In this document: piece after piece, positions 23,466 through 36,590 of the stretch
How positions within the stretch are numbered: the stretch's first letter is position 1
Layout of the letters: the number at the start of each line of letters is the position of its first letter
Assembly (NCBI RefSeq): GCF_006345805.1
Contig: NC_043016.1
Location: forward strand, 8,804,001 to 8,868,000
Length of the DNA: 64,000 nt
From: Octopus sinensis
Taxonomy: Eukaryota
Reading direction: 5' to 3'
Program-made: the position numbers and the translations under genes
The notes under the pieces: model-generated
Told to the model about the DNA's origin: nothing
Seen by the model: only the letters and a program-made list of their open reading frames with translations
Databases searched by the model: none

Positions 23466-23729
23466 ATATATATGGTGAGATATTTTGTGAATGAGTGTTA
23501 CTATCATTCGAGCAGTGTTATTCATTTCCAATGTTCTGCAGAAACATGTCTGGTCATGGGGAAATATTACCTTGTTTGGAAACAGATGAGGATTAGTGAT
23601 AGGAATGGTATCTGGTTGTAGAAAATTTCCCTCAATAAACTGTCCAGCTCATGATGCAAGTATGGAAAAGTGGATATTAAAACAGTGACAATCCTGCTCA
23701 AATTTACTTTGATTTTCATTTCTCCCAGG

Positions 23730-23760
<31 letters not shown>

Positions 23761-24773
23761 CAATCAGCTGCATTCCTCTCCAACATATGTGGCCATATCT
23801 GAAATCATTTACATTACAAGTTATTAATTAATATTTTAAGACTGGCAGATTTTTTTTAATTGATTGATTTCCACTCTGCTAATGAGGCTTTACTTTTTTT
23901 TTTTTATTCCTCCCACCCTTCCCTGACTACCTAATACTTTTTTATTTTGCCCTTTCTGAATTTAAATAATATCTCAGTTTTGATGATGATGGTGGCGGTG
24001 GTGGAATATAACAACTTGATTTTATAATTGATAGTAACAAAACTTTTTTTTGTTGCTAATGCTTTTTTTATATTAGTTAATGACTAAATTAATTATAGCA
24101 ATGATTATAGTTAATTCACATAAATAAACCAGTAAAGTTCAAAAGAAAGAAAAAAAAAATGTAGTCTTTGGTGAATGAAAACTTTGTTCTGTAAACTTTT
24201 AAACAGATGCTTAAATATATCATTTTTCATTTCCCTTGAAAAATTTTATGTGCAGTGTAGTGTTTGCTTCTTATTTCATTATTTTCTTTTGTAACTTCTT
24301 TTCATTAATATTTACACATTCTGTTGATAATTATAGATTAAATCCTCGTTGTCACTCGATCTAGTGGATGTAGCAAGTCTATACATTGATTTGAACATGA
24401 GACCTGTTGCTTTCAATTAGAAACATCAGCTGGAACTTTGGGAGATTGAGTAATGACACAGTAAAGATCTGATCAATAAAATTACGTATAAACATTTTGC
24501 TTGGATTTCAGTGATGACATCACCACCCATCTGTCTAATCAGATTTTGTTCTGATTTGTACAGGTTTACAAGGATAGGAATAAAGGACAAGGACAAGTAG
24601 TCAGACTATTACAAGAGAGAACCAAATGCACTCATACATTACATTAGGCACTATCGTTCATCTGCTAATATGAGGCCAGATCTGTCAAATATGAAGAGTC
24701 TGCAACCTGAGGCAACACAACTCCAACTAGCCAGGAAGCTACTCAATGGCTGCCAACAATTTCATTCATTCAT

Positions 24774-24824
<51 letters not shown>

Positions 24825-24913
24825 TCAGTTAATTATGATTTTATTCAACATATTTCCCTCTCAGATTCACACCTCAGCGGAATTTGAACTCAGAAGTAAC
24901 GACAGTGTGTATG

Positions 24914-24961
<48 letters not shown>

Positions 24962-25519
24962 GGGTGTGTGAATAAATCTGTGTGTTTGTGCCACCTTATT
25001 TTGACATCACATGATAGTCACAATTTAGTGGCACCATCATACAATTGTTTCCAAGCTTCTATCTTTCATGAAAACATGTCCAGCCTTGATTGGAGACAGG
25101 CTATGGGATGGTGAAAGGAAGAACATCTGGCCACAGAAAATCTGCATCAACAAACTTTCTCTGCCTCATACATGACTGAAGGGAACCTTTACACACACCC
25201 ACACACACTGTGCTTGACCATGACTATGTCTAGCGTGAGTAAAAGGCAGTATGTTAGAACTGAAATAATTCAGTAATTCTGATGATGAAGCAGTGAAACT
25301 GTGTTAATCACCACCTTTTTTTAACAATGAAGAAAATGGGATGGAAAAAAGTAGTTGTCTGTTTTTAATTCATCATCTGTTTAATGTTAAAAATTTTGTA
25401 TAGGACATAACATTCCCAAGGAAAGAAACTAACAGACCAACATCAGAAAGTCTTGCTGATATTAGTGATGCAGCTGGACAGCTTGTGTGTGTGTATATAC
25501 ATATATATATATATATATA

Positions 25520-25838
25520 CCAGTGCCGGTGGAACGTAAGAGAACCATCCGAATGTGGCCGTTGCCAGCGCCGCCCCGACTGGCCTCCGTGCCGGTGGCA
25601 CATAAAAAGCACCATCTGATCGTGGCCGTTTGCCAGCCTCATCTGGCACCTGTGCAGGTGGTACGTAAAAAGCATCCACTACACTCACGGAGTGGTTGGC
25701 GTCAGGAAGGGCATCCAGCTGTAGAAACAGTGCCAGATCAGACTGGGCCTGGCGCAGCCTTCTGGCTTCCCCGACCCCAGTTGAACCGTCCAACCGATGC
25801 TAGCATGGAAAACGGACATTAAACGATGATGATGATGA
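25520..25838 (+). mobile_element. RTE family C 3' UTR/tail copy
   Basis: Three tandem units plus tail and (GAT)n. Confidence 0.8.
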
Positions 25839-26039
25839 TATATATATATATATAAAATAATTTTATAAAAAACATTTCAGTACCGGTTTCAGTCATTAAG
25901 ACTTTTTCAACTGTAACGATTAAAGAATTAAATTTAGAAAAATTAAAAGAAATGTTTTTTTTAAAGAATATTTGTATAGTGTTCAAATACAAGTGGCATT
26001 TTCCTTGTTTCTACCTATATATATATATATATATATATA

Positions 26040-26242
26040 TATCGCCATGTTGATTCGCTAGCCTCTGCACGCATTTTTTTTCTCTCCTTGTTTCTTTCTG
26101 TGTTTCTTTTTTGTGTATCTTTCTGTTGAAGAGCGTAGGCTCGAAACGTAAAAGACTTGTTTTATTTATATTCCTGAGCGCCATACTAATACAATTGTTT
26201 GTTTGTATTCCACCTACCTTCGTCTTTTGTTTATTTTCATAA
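26040..26242 (+). mobile_element. Short PLE-derived element F2, inserted in (TA)n
   Basis: Homologous to 60330-60545 (-) and 61318-61505 (+); carries a hammerhead-like core. Confidence 0.7.
26118..26155 (+). ncRNA. Minimal hammerhead-like motif with A6U
   Basis: TCTTT-CTGTTGA-A-GAGC-gtag-GCTC-GAAACGT-A-AAAGA. Confidence 0.55.
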
Positions 26243-26396
26243 AGCTTCCCGTTATATATATATATATATATATACATACATACATACATACATACATACA
26301 TACATCGTTCTAAGCGTTACCCACTATTCTTGTCTTCTTGGACCCAAGGCCGTATTTTATTCGACTGTTTGTCCTCGTGAACAGTCCTAAATCACG

Positions 26397-26615
26397 CTTC
26401 TGTGTTTAGCCCCTTGTGGGTTGTAAAGAAATAGGTATTTCGTCTGCCGTTACGTTGTGAGTTCAAATTCCACCGAGGTCGACTTTGCCTTTCATCCTTT
26501 CGGGGTCAATAAATAAAGTACCAGTTTCGCACTGGGTCGATGTAATCGACTTAATCCATGTGTCTGTCCTTGTTTGTCCCCTCTATGTTTAGCCCCTTGT
26601 GGGTAGTAAAGAAAT
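26397..26615 (+). mobile_element. SINE family B (Nin-like domain)
   Basis: GAGGTCGACTTTGCCTTTCATCCTTTCGGGGTC box; further copies near 29305, 36590, 36820, 39321, 41565, 50687, 61540(-), 62043(-). Confidence 0.8.
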
Positions 26616-27567
26616 ATATATATATACACACACATGTGCGCACACTCACAAAACAAGATTCTTTCAGTTTCTGTCTACCAGACCCACTCACAAGGCTTTG
26701 CCTGGCTCAGGACTGTAGCAGAAGCTCAAATTGCCATGCAGTGGGACTGAACCTGAAATCTCCTAGTTGGGAAGCAATGTTTTTTTTTTTTTTTATTACA
26801 CAGGCAAGCCTGTGCCTTTGCTGACATTAAAAACTGTGTAATGGTATAAGTAGGATAAAATTATTTGGATGACAATCATTAAATCATCAAATTCAACATC
26901 CTGTTTCTAGCCTGCTTTGTTCAATATGGAAATAAAGGAACTACCAAATAAGAGAGAAGAAGTATGTCTTATACGTGTGGGCACCTTCAGCTAACTCATT
27001 GTTTAAATCATCATTAAGTGGAACAGGATATGTTTATCAAGATGCCAGACTAACAACAGATTGTTTTTCTAAACAAAGGCCATTTGAGACCTGATATTAG
27101 ATTGTCCATTCTCAAAGACGGTCTATAACAGTAAAGATTAAAATATTTCTATTATTACTTACACCAACGCGGTGAGCTGACAGAAGCGTTATTAACACAT
27201 CAGACACAAAGCGCAGAGCAGCATTTTATTCAATCTTCAATGTTCTGAGTTCAAATTCTGCCTGGTTGACTCTGCTTTTCATCCTTTTGGGATCAATAAA
27301 ATTAGTACTGGCGTCAATGTAATCTATATAATCCCTCCCTCCTGCTCTCAAACTAAAACAATAAAGGAAAATATTCAACAATACAAGACATAAATTTTAC
27401 CTTATATTCTAAAAATTTTTTGTATTTTGTTATATTTCACGTAATATCTTGTATTAATCATATTGTATGTTGTTTTTTTTAATACATTTTATGAAAATAT
27501 ATCATAATTTTAACAAAAGTTTTTAAAACCATATTTCAAAATATTGAATCGCTATTTGTATCTACAG

Positions 27568-27822
27568 GTAAACCAATGGATGGTTGGAATAAAAAGAGTG
27601 ATACAACATGCTATGAAGTTTCAAGCATCATTGAACCAAAAACTGGAAGATGCCTCTAAAGGAGACAAAAATGATATTCCACTCTGCAATGTAGGAGACT
27701 TTGCTTCCGATTGTACTGATACAAAAACAAGTCCAGTTGAAAATGCAAATGAAAAGGCAACAGAGGAGAATGAAGAGGAGGAAAGTGTTTCTAATAATGA
27801 TGAACAGTCTGAAGAATCATAG
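27568..27822 (+). CDS. SRA1: SRA1 homolog, last coding exon with acidic tail and TAG stop
   Basis: TCTACAG|GTA acceptor; VNQWMVGIKRVI matches human VSQWMVGVKRLI (recalled); the joined exons give 902 nt of open frame. Confidence 0.93.
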   Translation, partial: VNQWMVGIKRVIQHAMKFQASLNQKLEDASKGDKNDIPLCNVGDFASDCTDTKTSPVENANEKATEENEEEESVSNNDEQSEES

Positions 27823-27939
27823 CTAAGCTAAATTTTACACTAATCAATTTTCACATTTGGTATTTTATACCTTTATAGTGAATGAGGGGTTTCAGTTTTT
27901 TGGGGGTTAAAATTTGTTTCTAAACTTTTTTTTATTTAA

Positions 27940-27945
27940 AATAAA
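27940..27945 (+). promoter_or_regulatory. Candidate SRA1 polyadenylation signal
   Basis: First AATAAA about 120 nt after the stop, followed by T/GT-rich sequence. Confidence 0.55.
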
Positions 27946-28040
27946 AATTTCTGCTTTAAATTGTTGCAAAATGTGGTTGTTAAAGTAAGTGGGTGTGATA
28001 CAAGATTTTGTAAATATTGTCACATTTGGTTGATATATAT

Positions 28041-28104
<64 letters not shown>

Positions 28105-28110
28105 AAATAT

Positions 28111-28241
28111 AAAATAAATATAAGAGAGTGGTCACTATATGGCTCACTCTAGCACTAGTTAATCCAAAAGGTTTCAACCACAAAAATATATGTTTCCCAT
28201 GAAAGTCAGTACGATAGTGACCACTCTCTTATATTTATTTT
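28111..28241. repeat. Perfect 28-bp inverted repeat
   Basis: 28111-28138 is the exact reverse complement of 28214-28241. Confidence 0.9.
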
Positions 28242-28640
28242 TGTATAAAATATTATAATATATTACAAAATATTATAATAATCCAGGTTTCTCGGAGCAC
28301 TGGGCCACTTGGTGTTGAATAGATATGCTATTAAATTAGTATCTAATTCTCTCACCCTTATTAATTAATTATATATATATGTTTATATATTGACAAATTT
28401 GGATATATATATATATGTATATTGTGATATATTGATATATTCTTGCAGAATGATTAAAGATTGATTTCACAGACGTGTATATTTATATATATAAAAATAT
28501 ATGCAAATATATCATCATATATATATATATATAGTGAGTGTGATTAAACACTGCTTTTTGTATATTATACTTTATTTTTTTGTACATCAGGCTTCAATGT
28601 ACTCAGTACATACTATCAAACAGTCTAGTAGGTATGGTGT

Positions 28641-28683
28641 ATGTATGTGTGTATATATATATATATATATAATATATATATAA

Positions 28684-28743
<60 letters not shown>

Positions 28744-28920
28744 ATGTGTATATGCATGATATGTGTGTGTGTGTGTATGTGTATATGCATGAATATGTAT
28801 GTGTGTGTGTGTGTATGTGTATATGCATGAATATGTATGTGTTTATATATGTATATATATATATATATATATGTACGTATATGTATGTATATATATATAT
28901 GTATGTATGTATGTATATAT
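28641..28920. repeat. Compound TA/TG microsatellite
   Basis: Directly visible. Confidence 0.95.
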
Positions 28921-30539
28921 CATCATTGTCATCATTTAACATCTGCCTTTCATGCTGGCATGGGTTGGAGTATATATGTAGCCTTTAAGTTCGTTTACAG
29001 GAAACATTTTTTAGTACACATATCAAAACTCTTATTCTATTATGTCAGCTACAACCTAATGATACCAACTGGCAATGGCAGTGTTATGGGGTTGTACTGA
29101 GCTGTGCCGATATAATGTAGCATAAATATTTTAATGCGTGTTTCTTACAATCGTAGTCCTTATTCCTGGAATGATTACAATGCAATAATCATCCCTGGAA
29201 TACAGACTATTATCATAAGAAACATGTGATTTGTGGAAATGTGCATAGTGATTGATTGAAATATCTATAAATTCTACTCATAGATTATTATTATTATTAT
29301 TATTAAGGCGTTGCGCTGGCAGATTTGTTAGCATGCCAGGGCGAGGTCACCTTTGCCTTTCATCCTTTCGGGGTCGATAAATTAAGTACCAGTGAAACAC
29401 TGGAGTTGATGTAATCAACTAGTCCCCTCCCCACAGATTTGAAGTTTTTTAATTCCAGTAGAAATGGTTATTATTATATATATGTGTGTGTGTGTGTGTG
29501 TGTGCATGTATACACACACACACATATACAAGTATAAAAATCGATTTTTTTTCTGAATGCTTCAGTTCTAAAGTCTTCCTAGCTTAATGATTTTTTTTTA
29601 TAAATCAGAGGCAGTTGCTTTTGTCGATAAATTAAACAAATATTAAATTCCTTTAAGTGATTAAGCGGTGTTAGGAACAACATCCAGCTGTAGAAACCAT
29701 GCCACAACAAACAGTTGGAGTTTGGACAGCTCCATGTCAAGCCATCCAACCCATGCCAGCATGGAAAGCAGACGTTAAACAATGAAGATGATGATGATGA
29801 TGAATTAGATAAAATACATGTACCTGTACATTAGTATAAACAATACAAGCTTATTAATACTGTACAGTGCAAGGTACCAGTAATCTATTCAGGAGATGCA
29901 CAGGAGTTTGAAATCCTGCCTGTGAATTAGTGTGGATTATAAACAGTTCCAGGCCATTAAAATCTGGAAAGTTGTTGTTGTGCTTGTATGGCTTAATGCC
30001 TGCAGTTAATTCTGTACTATATTTCACTGTATATGATGAACGTACTTTGAAGTTCATTGCGTCCAAATACTCTTGTATGGAAGTAACTATAGGCACTAAT
30101 ATACAGGAAGAGAGAGACAGGCAGACAGAAAGAGGTAGTGAAGTAGAGAAATGCAGTTAGGCTTGAGATGTATATTTACATGGAGCACAGAACAGAGATT
30201 GCAGAATAAAGTAAAAGGAAACAGAAGAATTATGTAAAGTCTTATCACGACTGCTGTTTCGAGAAGACTTATTTAAAAAACCATGTTCATAAGTAATATA
30301 TAACATAATGTCATAGCTGTGCTGAACCTAACACCTATGCTATGACATCATGAAGAAATCATTGAAGTCCCTTTTCAAGAGCAGAGTGGCAATTGCTAAT
30401 TATCTAGCAGGGTTTACAAATATAAGGATTTAAAGAGGGAACTAAGAAATTGTTGGAGGAAGCAGAGCAAAAATGGTAAAATAGAAAGGGTGGGGTCGCC
30501 TATGGCAACAAATAGAACCCTTCTCACATCTCCAAGGAT

Positions 30540-31620
30540 AAGAATTACTTTAAAAACTGACAAGAACCCACTTTGTATCCCCTCACTGGATAAATTTGAA
30601 ACAGATTTTCTACAAATGATCAAGGATATGAAATTCTTGAATATGACTAAATAACATGCTAACCAGAATGTTCTGAAAAATATCAATGACCAACACTCAA
30701 GTTGATTAGCAATCATGGATTATATGATCAATATGAACCTCAAACCTCTTGACTCACTGTCCCCTATCCACACACACACACATGCTTCACTCTGAAAGAC
30801 CATAAGCCAGATTTCTCTATTAAACCTTTTTTTCGGCTTATTTGCCATACTAAATCTGTTCTGAGGTGCATTAGTAAATGCATAATATACATCATCCCCT
30901 TATATTACTCTTATATTACTAAAGATAATTTGAACCCACACTCGATGTCAACACACCCTACCACAACTACATTATCTAGCAATACTTCTCATATGGTAGA
31001 TTCCTCTACTGACTTTCAAAATACAGATTTTTCCTTGTATGAATAGCCTCAACTCTGAAATAAATAACATCCCCAAGTGTTATGGATTAGACCCGCCTAC
31101 TAGCAATTATCATCTCTTCTTACCGCTCCCTGATCGTAAATACCCTTTCCACCTTAATGGTAGTAACACTAATTCCCTTGTTTCTACCTGAAGGATAAAT
31201 AATAATAATAATAATAGCCATGACAGGATATATGGTGAACACCAACCTACTAGCAGTAAGAAAACCTGTAATGTCCAAGTTTCCCAACTCTGTCCTTTAA
31301 AGGGGAATTGCTTATGCTATAATGTTGTATATAAATGTATGGTTACAATTCCACATCCCCACCAGGCTAGTTTCTACATTGGGAGTACAATTAACTTCAT
31401 ACGATACTATCATGCTCACCGAGCCTCCTTCTCACATAGGGCTTCTAAACAATTTACTTCCTTAGCCACCTATATACATTGCCTCAACCCAATATACACC
31501 TTATACTGTATCCTGGGCTATAATTTGTGGCGGAACCCCCTATAATGCAAATCATCACATTTGTAAACTATGTTATCAGGAATCACTATATTACACCAAA
31601 ATGAGACCTGTTTACATAAC
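30540..31620 (+). mobile_element. Degraded, internally deleted Penelope-like element (GIY-YIG endonuclease)
   Basis: LKTDKNPLCIPSLDKFETDFLQMIKDMKF N-terminal block; CPLKGNCLCYNVVYKC...FYIGST...H..SF...TSLATYI and WAII...Y....CKLC across frameshifts. Confidence 0.75.
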
Positions 31621-32566
31621 TGATTCTCTTACATAATCTTTACTTGCAGACAAATTTCATAGGACCTTTCCTCATCATGTAAAATTATAATTTCCTATCA
31701 TCTTAGTTAAAATTCTCTTTTACTCACTGTAATTTCTTCTACTACTACTACTTCCAAGTCCTTACCAAAGAGCTTAATCTTTCCTGTGTCTCTCTGTCTA
31801 TTGCCTCTGCAATTCTTAACTCCTTAATCTGGGAACTACTGCTTTTTTCCCTTACAACTAGATTGAATCAACAATACTATTTCTTTCGACAGCTGTTAGC
31901 TTCATCATCTTTTTGTCTGGTCTTTGTAAAGTCATTAATTCATCACATCAAGCTTCTTAACCACCTCTTCTATTCTATCTTACCCGTCCTTTCTATTGTA
32001 AGCACTGCTTGACAATCCACATTTGCCACTCTACTTTGAAAATGATGCTTAACTTGCTTTAAAAGTTTCATCAGGATTTATTGTTGTATTCTAAAATTAA
32101 TATGATAAATTCAAATCTTGCTGATGTGGATTTCATCTCCCTGTTAACTCCAACATATGGTCTCTTGTATTTTATTGTTTTATTTTATTTATTTTTTGAT
32201 AATTTAATTTGATAATTCAACAACCTCACCTCAATCATGGTAAATTATAATTTTTATTTGTATTTTTCTCTCTGCATAGACAACTGCTAAATCATTGAAA
32301 AGTTTGATGGATAAAATATCTTCCATATATATGTATGTGTGTGTGTGTATATGCATACATACACATACACACACACAAACTTACATAGAGAGATATCATA
32401 TGTATAACTTTGATAGATTTTGGCCAGTTTTTGCTATCTGGATATTTTAGAATGCATTCTGTTTATACACACACACATACTTAAGGCTGTGCCCCAGCAT
32501 GGCCACAGTTCAGTAACTGAAATAAGTAAACAATAAAACAATATGTGTGTGTGTATATATGTGTAT

Positions 32567-32597
<31 letters not shown>

Positions 32598-32760
32598 CTG
32601 GAGTAAACACATAAATGTGAAACAAGGTGGAAAAAAGAATACTCAAATACCAGAGGTAGAGTAATATGCTTTATTTAAAATAACAAAACTGTCTGACGAA
32701 CGGGAACGTGAAACTCTGAGTAACAGCTTTTGTTAAATTTCTGCTGCTTTTAAATAAAGT
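32598..32760. mobile_element. Short PLE-derived element F1 with inverted segment
   Basis: Homologous to 35092-35205, 42336-42568, 47992-48160 and, more distantly, 42995-43140. Confidence 0.75.
32689..32726 (+). ncRNA. Minimal type I hammerhead ribozyme motif, intact core
   Basis: CTGT-CTGACGA-ACG-ggaa-CGT-GAA-ACTC-t-GAGT-A-ACAG; predicted cut after A32722. Confidence 0.8.
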
Positions 32761-33220
32761 ATATATATATATATATTAAGTGCATGCTTATGTGTATACA
32801 TAAACACACTCACATATCTTTGGTGATTCAAATTTGGTATTGGCTCTAGCCACATACTTAAATTTCAAGCTAACTACATAAACGTTCTTTTCTGAATTTC
32901 ACACTCCCACTGAAAAAAAGTGCATAATACTTTTTCAGCAATAGTGGGTTTGTGTGTTGAAAGTGTTATGGGATTGCGTTGAATTCTTAGTACGACATAT
33001 AGCATTATGATTGCATATGTACACTTATGTATGTTGTTTGAGTTGTTTGCATACTTCCTGTAAATCAATAAAAATTTATTTCGCTACTATAAGTCATCAA
33101 GTACGATTTGTTCTTGTGGCAACATATTGACATATTTTTTTCCAACACTTTTATCCAAAAATCTGGTATTCTGATATATTTCATCAGCTATGCAGAGTTG
33201 GCATTACTTTGACTAAGGTA

Positions 33221-33590
33221 TACTCTTTTACTTGTTTCAGTCATTTGACTGCGGCCATGCTGGAGCACCGCCTTTAGTCGAGCAAATCGACCCCAGGACT
33301 TATTCTTTGTAAGCCTAGTACTTATTCTATCGGTCTCTTTTGCCGAACTGCTAAGTTACGGGGACGTAAACACACCACCATCGGTTGTCAAGCGATGTTG
33401 GGGGGGACGAACAGACACACAAACATATACACACACATATATATATATATACACATATATACGATGGGCTTCTTTCAGTTTCCGTCTACCAAATCCACTC
33501 ACAAGGCTTTGGTCAGCCCGAGGCTATAGTAGAAGACACTTGGCCAAGGTGCCACGCAGTGGGAATGAACCCGGAACCACTGTGCCTGTG
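33221..33590 (-). mobile_element. SINE family A
   Basis: Near-consensus copy. Confidence 0.88.
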
Positions 33591-34553
33591 TGGTAAGCCA
33601 AAGATGAATAGCAGTGCCATTCGTCTTTGACCTTTGTCCCCAAGATTCATGGTAAGGTGGTGGGGAAGAAACCATGACTCATGAATTATCACTGGACTAT
33701 AGACCTGGCCTGAATGCTTGCAACTCAGAATATGTTAGTGGTATCCAAGATCCATAAGGTGGTATAAAGCAGAGCAATAGCATAAATCTACCACCTGAAA
33801 ATGGATGCAATCCATACAACAGGCTTGTTGCAGTTTCTGTCTACCCAATATTATTCACAAGGCTTTGGTAAAAGATACTTGACCTAAGTTTTGTGCTGTG
33901 GAAATAATTGTCACATATTACGTTTACAGACAAATTGCTCTATTTACATAATATTGAGGTCCCTTTCTTTCTTTTGTTATCTTACAGTTTTTACCAATAA
34001 ATTATACATTATATGTAGCTTAATAAAGGTGGGGAATTTTACCATTGCCATATTTGTTTTGTGTGTGTGTATATACTTACTTTCATACATACATACGTAC
34101 ATACTTACCTATATGTGTATGTATTGTATTATCAAATAAATTAGATTGCTTTTTGTTGGTTTTTTTTTTTGTTATTTTCTATTTGGCATTCAATCATCAT
34201 GTGTCTGAAAAGAGATAAAATTTATTTAAAACAGCATGAAACACTATAATCAAAAAATATTTTTTGTGTTCATTCAAATAAAATTTATCTGGAAGAAAAT
34301 GAATTTACATGACAACCTGATACATACACACACACACACACACACACTCACTCACACACACACATGCATGTGTGTGTCTATGCATGTATTTATGTGAATT
34401 AAAACTGGGATTACTTTCTCCTTTACAGAAATCAACATATATCAGGTTCTACACACTTCTGATATAGTTTTACGAGCACTGTTATGGTTTTGAACCTAAA
34501 TATATAAAACAAAATTAAATTTAAACTATGTGTATGTGTGTGTCTATATATAT

Positions 34554-35072
34554 ATCACCTTGATCACCTTGACCAACCAGTCTGTCGGGTGTCCATTTGA
34601 CATTGCTGGTCACAGCACGCTGTCCACTCCTCTCTGGATCATGCCTTTCTCATCCACGTGATCCCAATCGTCCACCTGAAATCTTAACTCCACCTTCATG
34701 GAGGCCTTCCGAGTTGTCGTTTCCTCTCGCGCAGGTCCACCGATTATCGGTGAGCCAGGCGACATGTCCAGCCCATCTAAACTTGCTGCGTGTATATTCT
34801 GCGATGACATCCCTCATGCCGGACTTCAAATTAAACAAAAGACATATATGTGTATTAAAAACTACAGCACGATGGACCATATATTTATTCTAACACAACT
34901 GCTTGAGCGAGCGAATTAGTACATGATGCCTCTTTGCGTTGCGTTTGTAGACTATGAGAAGGCCTTTGACAGCGTTGAAACCAATGCAGTGCTGAACTCG
35001 CTGCAGAGGCAAGGAGTCGAGGCGCAATATGTGCAACTGCTCAGGGAGGCAAATTCCGGATGCACCACCGAC
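34554..35072 (-). mobile_element. Rearranged (5'-inverted) RTE-clade fragment
   Basis: Minus: KFRWAGHVAWLTDNRWT C-terminus; plus: YSTMDHIFILTQLLERAN*YMMPLCVAFVDYEKAFDSVE RT motifs. Confidence 0.8.
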
Positions 35073-35690
35073 ATATATATATATATATATATACCGGAGT
35101 AAATACATAAATGTGAAACAAGGTGGAAAAAGTGTACACAAAGCAGCAGAAATTTAACAAAATCTATTACTCAGAGTTTCACGTTCTCGTTTGTCGGACA
35201 GTTTTACTATATATATATATATATATAGTATCCTCAAACTAAACAAAAGACGTACTCTTTACTCTCTTTTACTCTTTTACTTGTTTCAGTCATTTGACTG
35301 TGGCCATGCTGGAGCACCGCCTTTTAAATACATTGAATTGCTCACAGAACCTAAGAGTCATGAGTGTAGGTGTTCTATACCTGTGTCATGTAATAAATTT
35401 AGTCCTCTATTTCCAATGATATTGAGGTCTGATTCTTTTGATATTACACATGGTTTGCACGCACACGCACACACACACACACACACACACATACACAGAG
35501 TCTCAGTTTCCTATAAAGTGACATTGCTGTTGCCTCTTAATTTAATTACTGGTTTCCTTACTAGGAGTAAATAATGTTTAAAATTATTGTGATTGTAACT
35601 ATTTACATTTTGTTTTTCTATTCAGTGTGACTGAAAAATATATTTCTAATATTTATACTTTTTATAAATTTCTAAATTCAAGCTTGTTTC

Positions 35691-35721
<31 letters not shown>

Positions 35722-36034
35722 GAGTGTGACACTGGGGTAAAATATACAAAGCCCAGTATACCCATCATGACTACCCGTATGATAAGGGTACACCAGGCAC
35801 ATGCATCACAACCATAGGTGCGTGACATGGTGATCTCATATCAAGATAAACAGCACATGACCTTGCAGGTGGGGCTCAGTTAGAATTTTCTTCTGGTCAA
35901 GTAACCCATCCTGCTCAAAAGGTCCCTGAATAAGGGTTGTTTAAGGATATTGAATGAAACACCCATGTTTCCAAAGGTGAATTATTCAAACCCCAAAGAA
36001 TCCCTCTCAACACATGGCTATGATGCTCCCCCAC

Positions 36035-36066
<32 letters not shown>

Positions 36067-36079
36067 AATAATAATAATC

Positions 36080-36552
36080 CCTTTTGTTGAGAAGGCAGTG
36101 TTTATTTGTTTGGTAGCCTTAGTGAAAGAGGTTGTGTGGTGAACCAGATTGAAAGGGCTGAAGACAAATACTTTCCTTTTCGGCCAAGCCCTCATCAGCT
36201 TTTTCACATGAAGAGGAAAGTGAAGGCAGAAAAGGAAATGCTGCCTCTTAGCAATTTTGTTGAAAGGTGGGTGAATGTGGCAGGAATAGTCCAGGTGAAC
36301 AAGCCTACTTTAGGCATGTGCCTGTAAACTGAAAGAAAATTATGTGGAGAGGGAACTTGGCCTGGTGGGATTTTGTAGGGTTTTCATGAGCAGCCCAAGG
36401 AAGTCTCTCTCTTTTGGGGAAGTATTGATTGTTAGAATTTCTTTTTTCACCATTTTTCTATTTTGTACATGATTTTTTTATGTTAACCCCACATTGTATT
36501 GTCCAGTACAATCCCTAGCAATTTTTGTAAACCATTAGTGGTAAATAAAGAA
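36080..36552 (+). mobile_element. L1/Tx1-like LINE 3' end
   Basis: KRKVKAEKEMLPLSNFVERWVNV C-terminal pattern, then a T-rich UTR, AATAAA and (ATT)n. Confidence 0.55.
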
Positions 36553-36556
36553 AGTA

Positions 36557-36590
<34 letters not shown>

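Noticed and set aside
34554-35072. Horizontal transfer of rare RTE families (also 15347-15607)
   Set aside because: Higher GC and low local copy number are suggestive only; this needs a phylogeny that cannot be run here.
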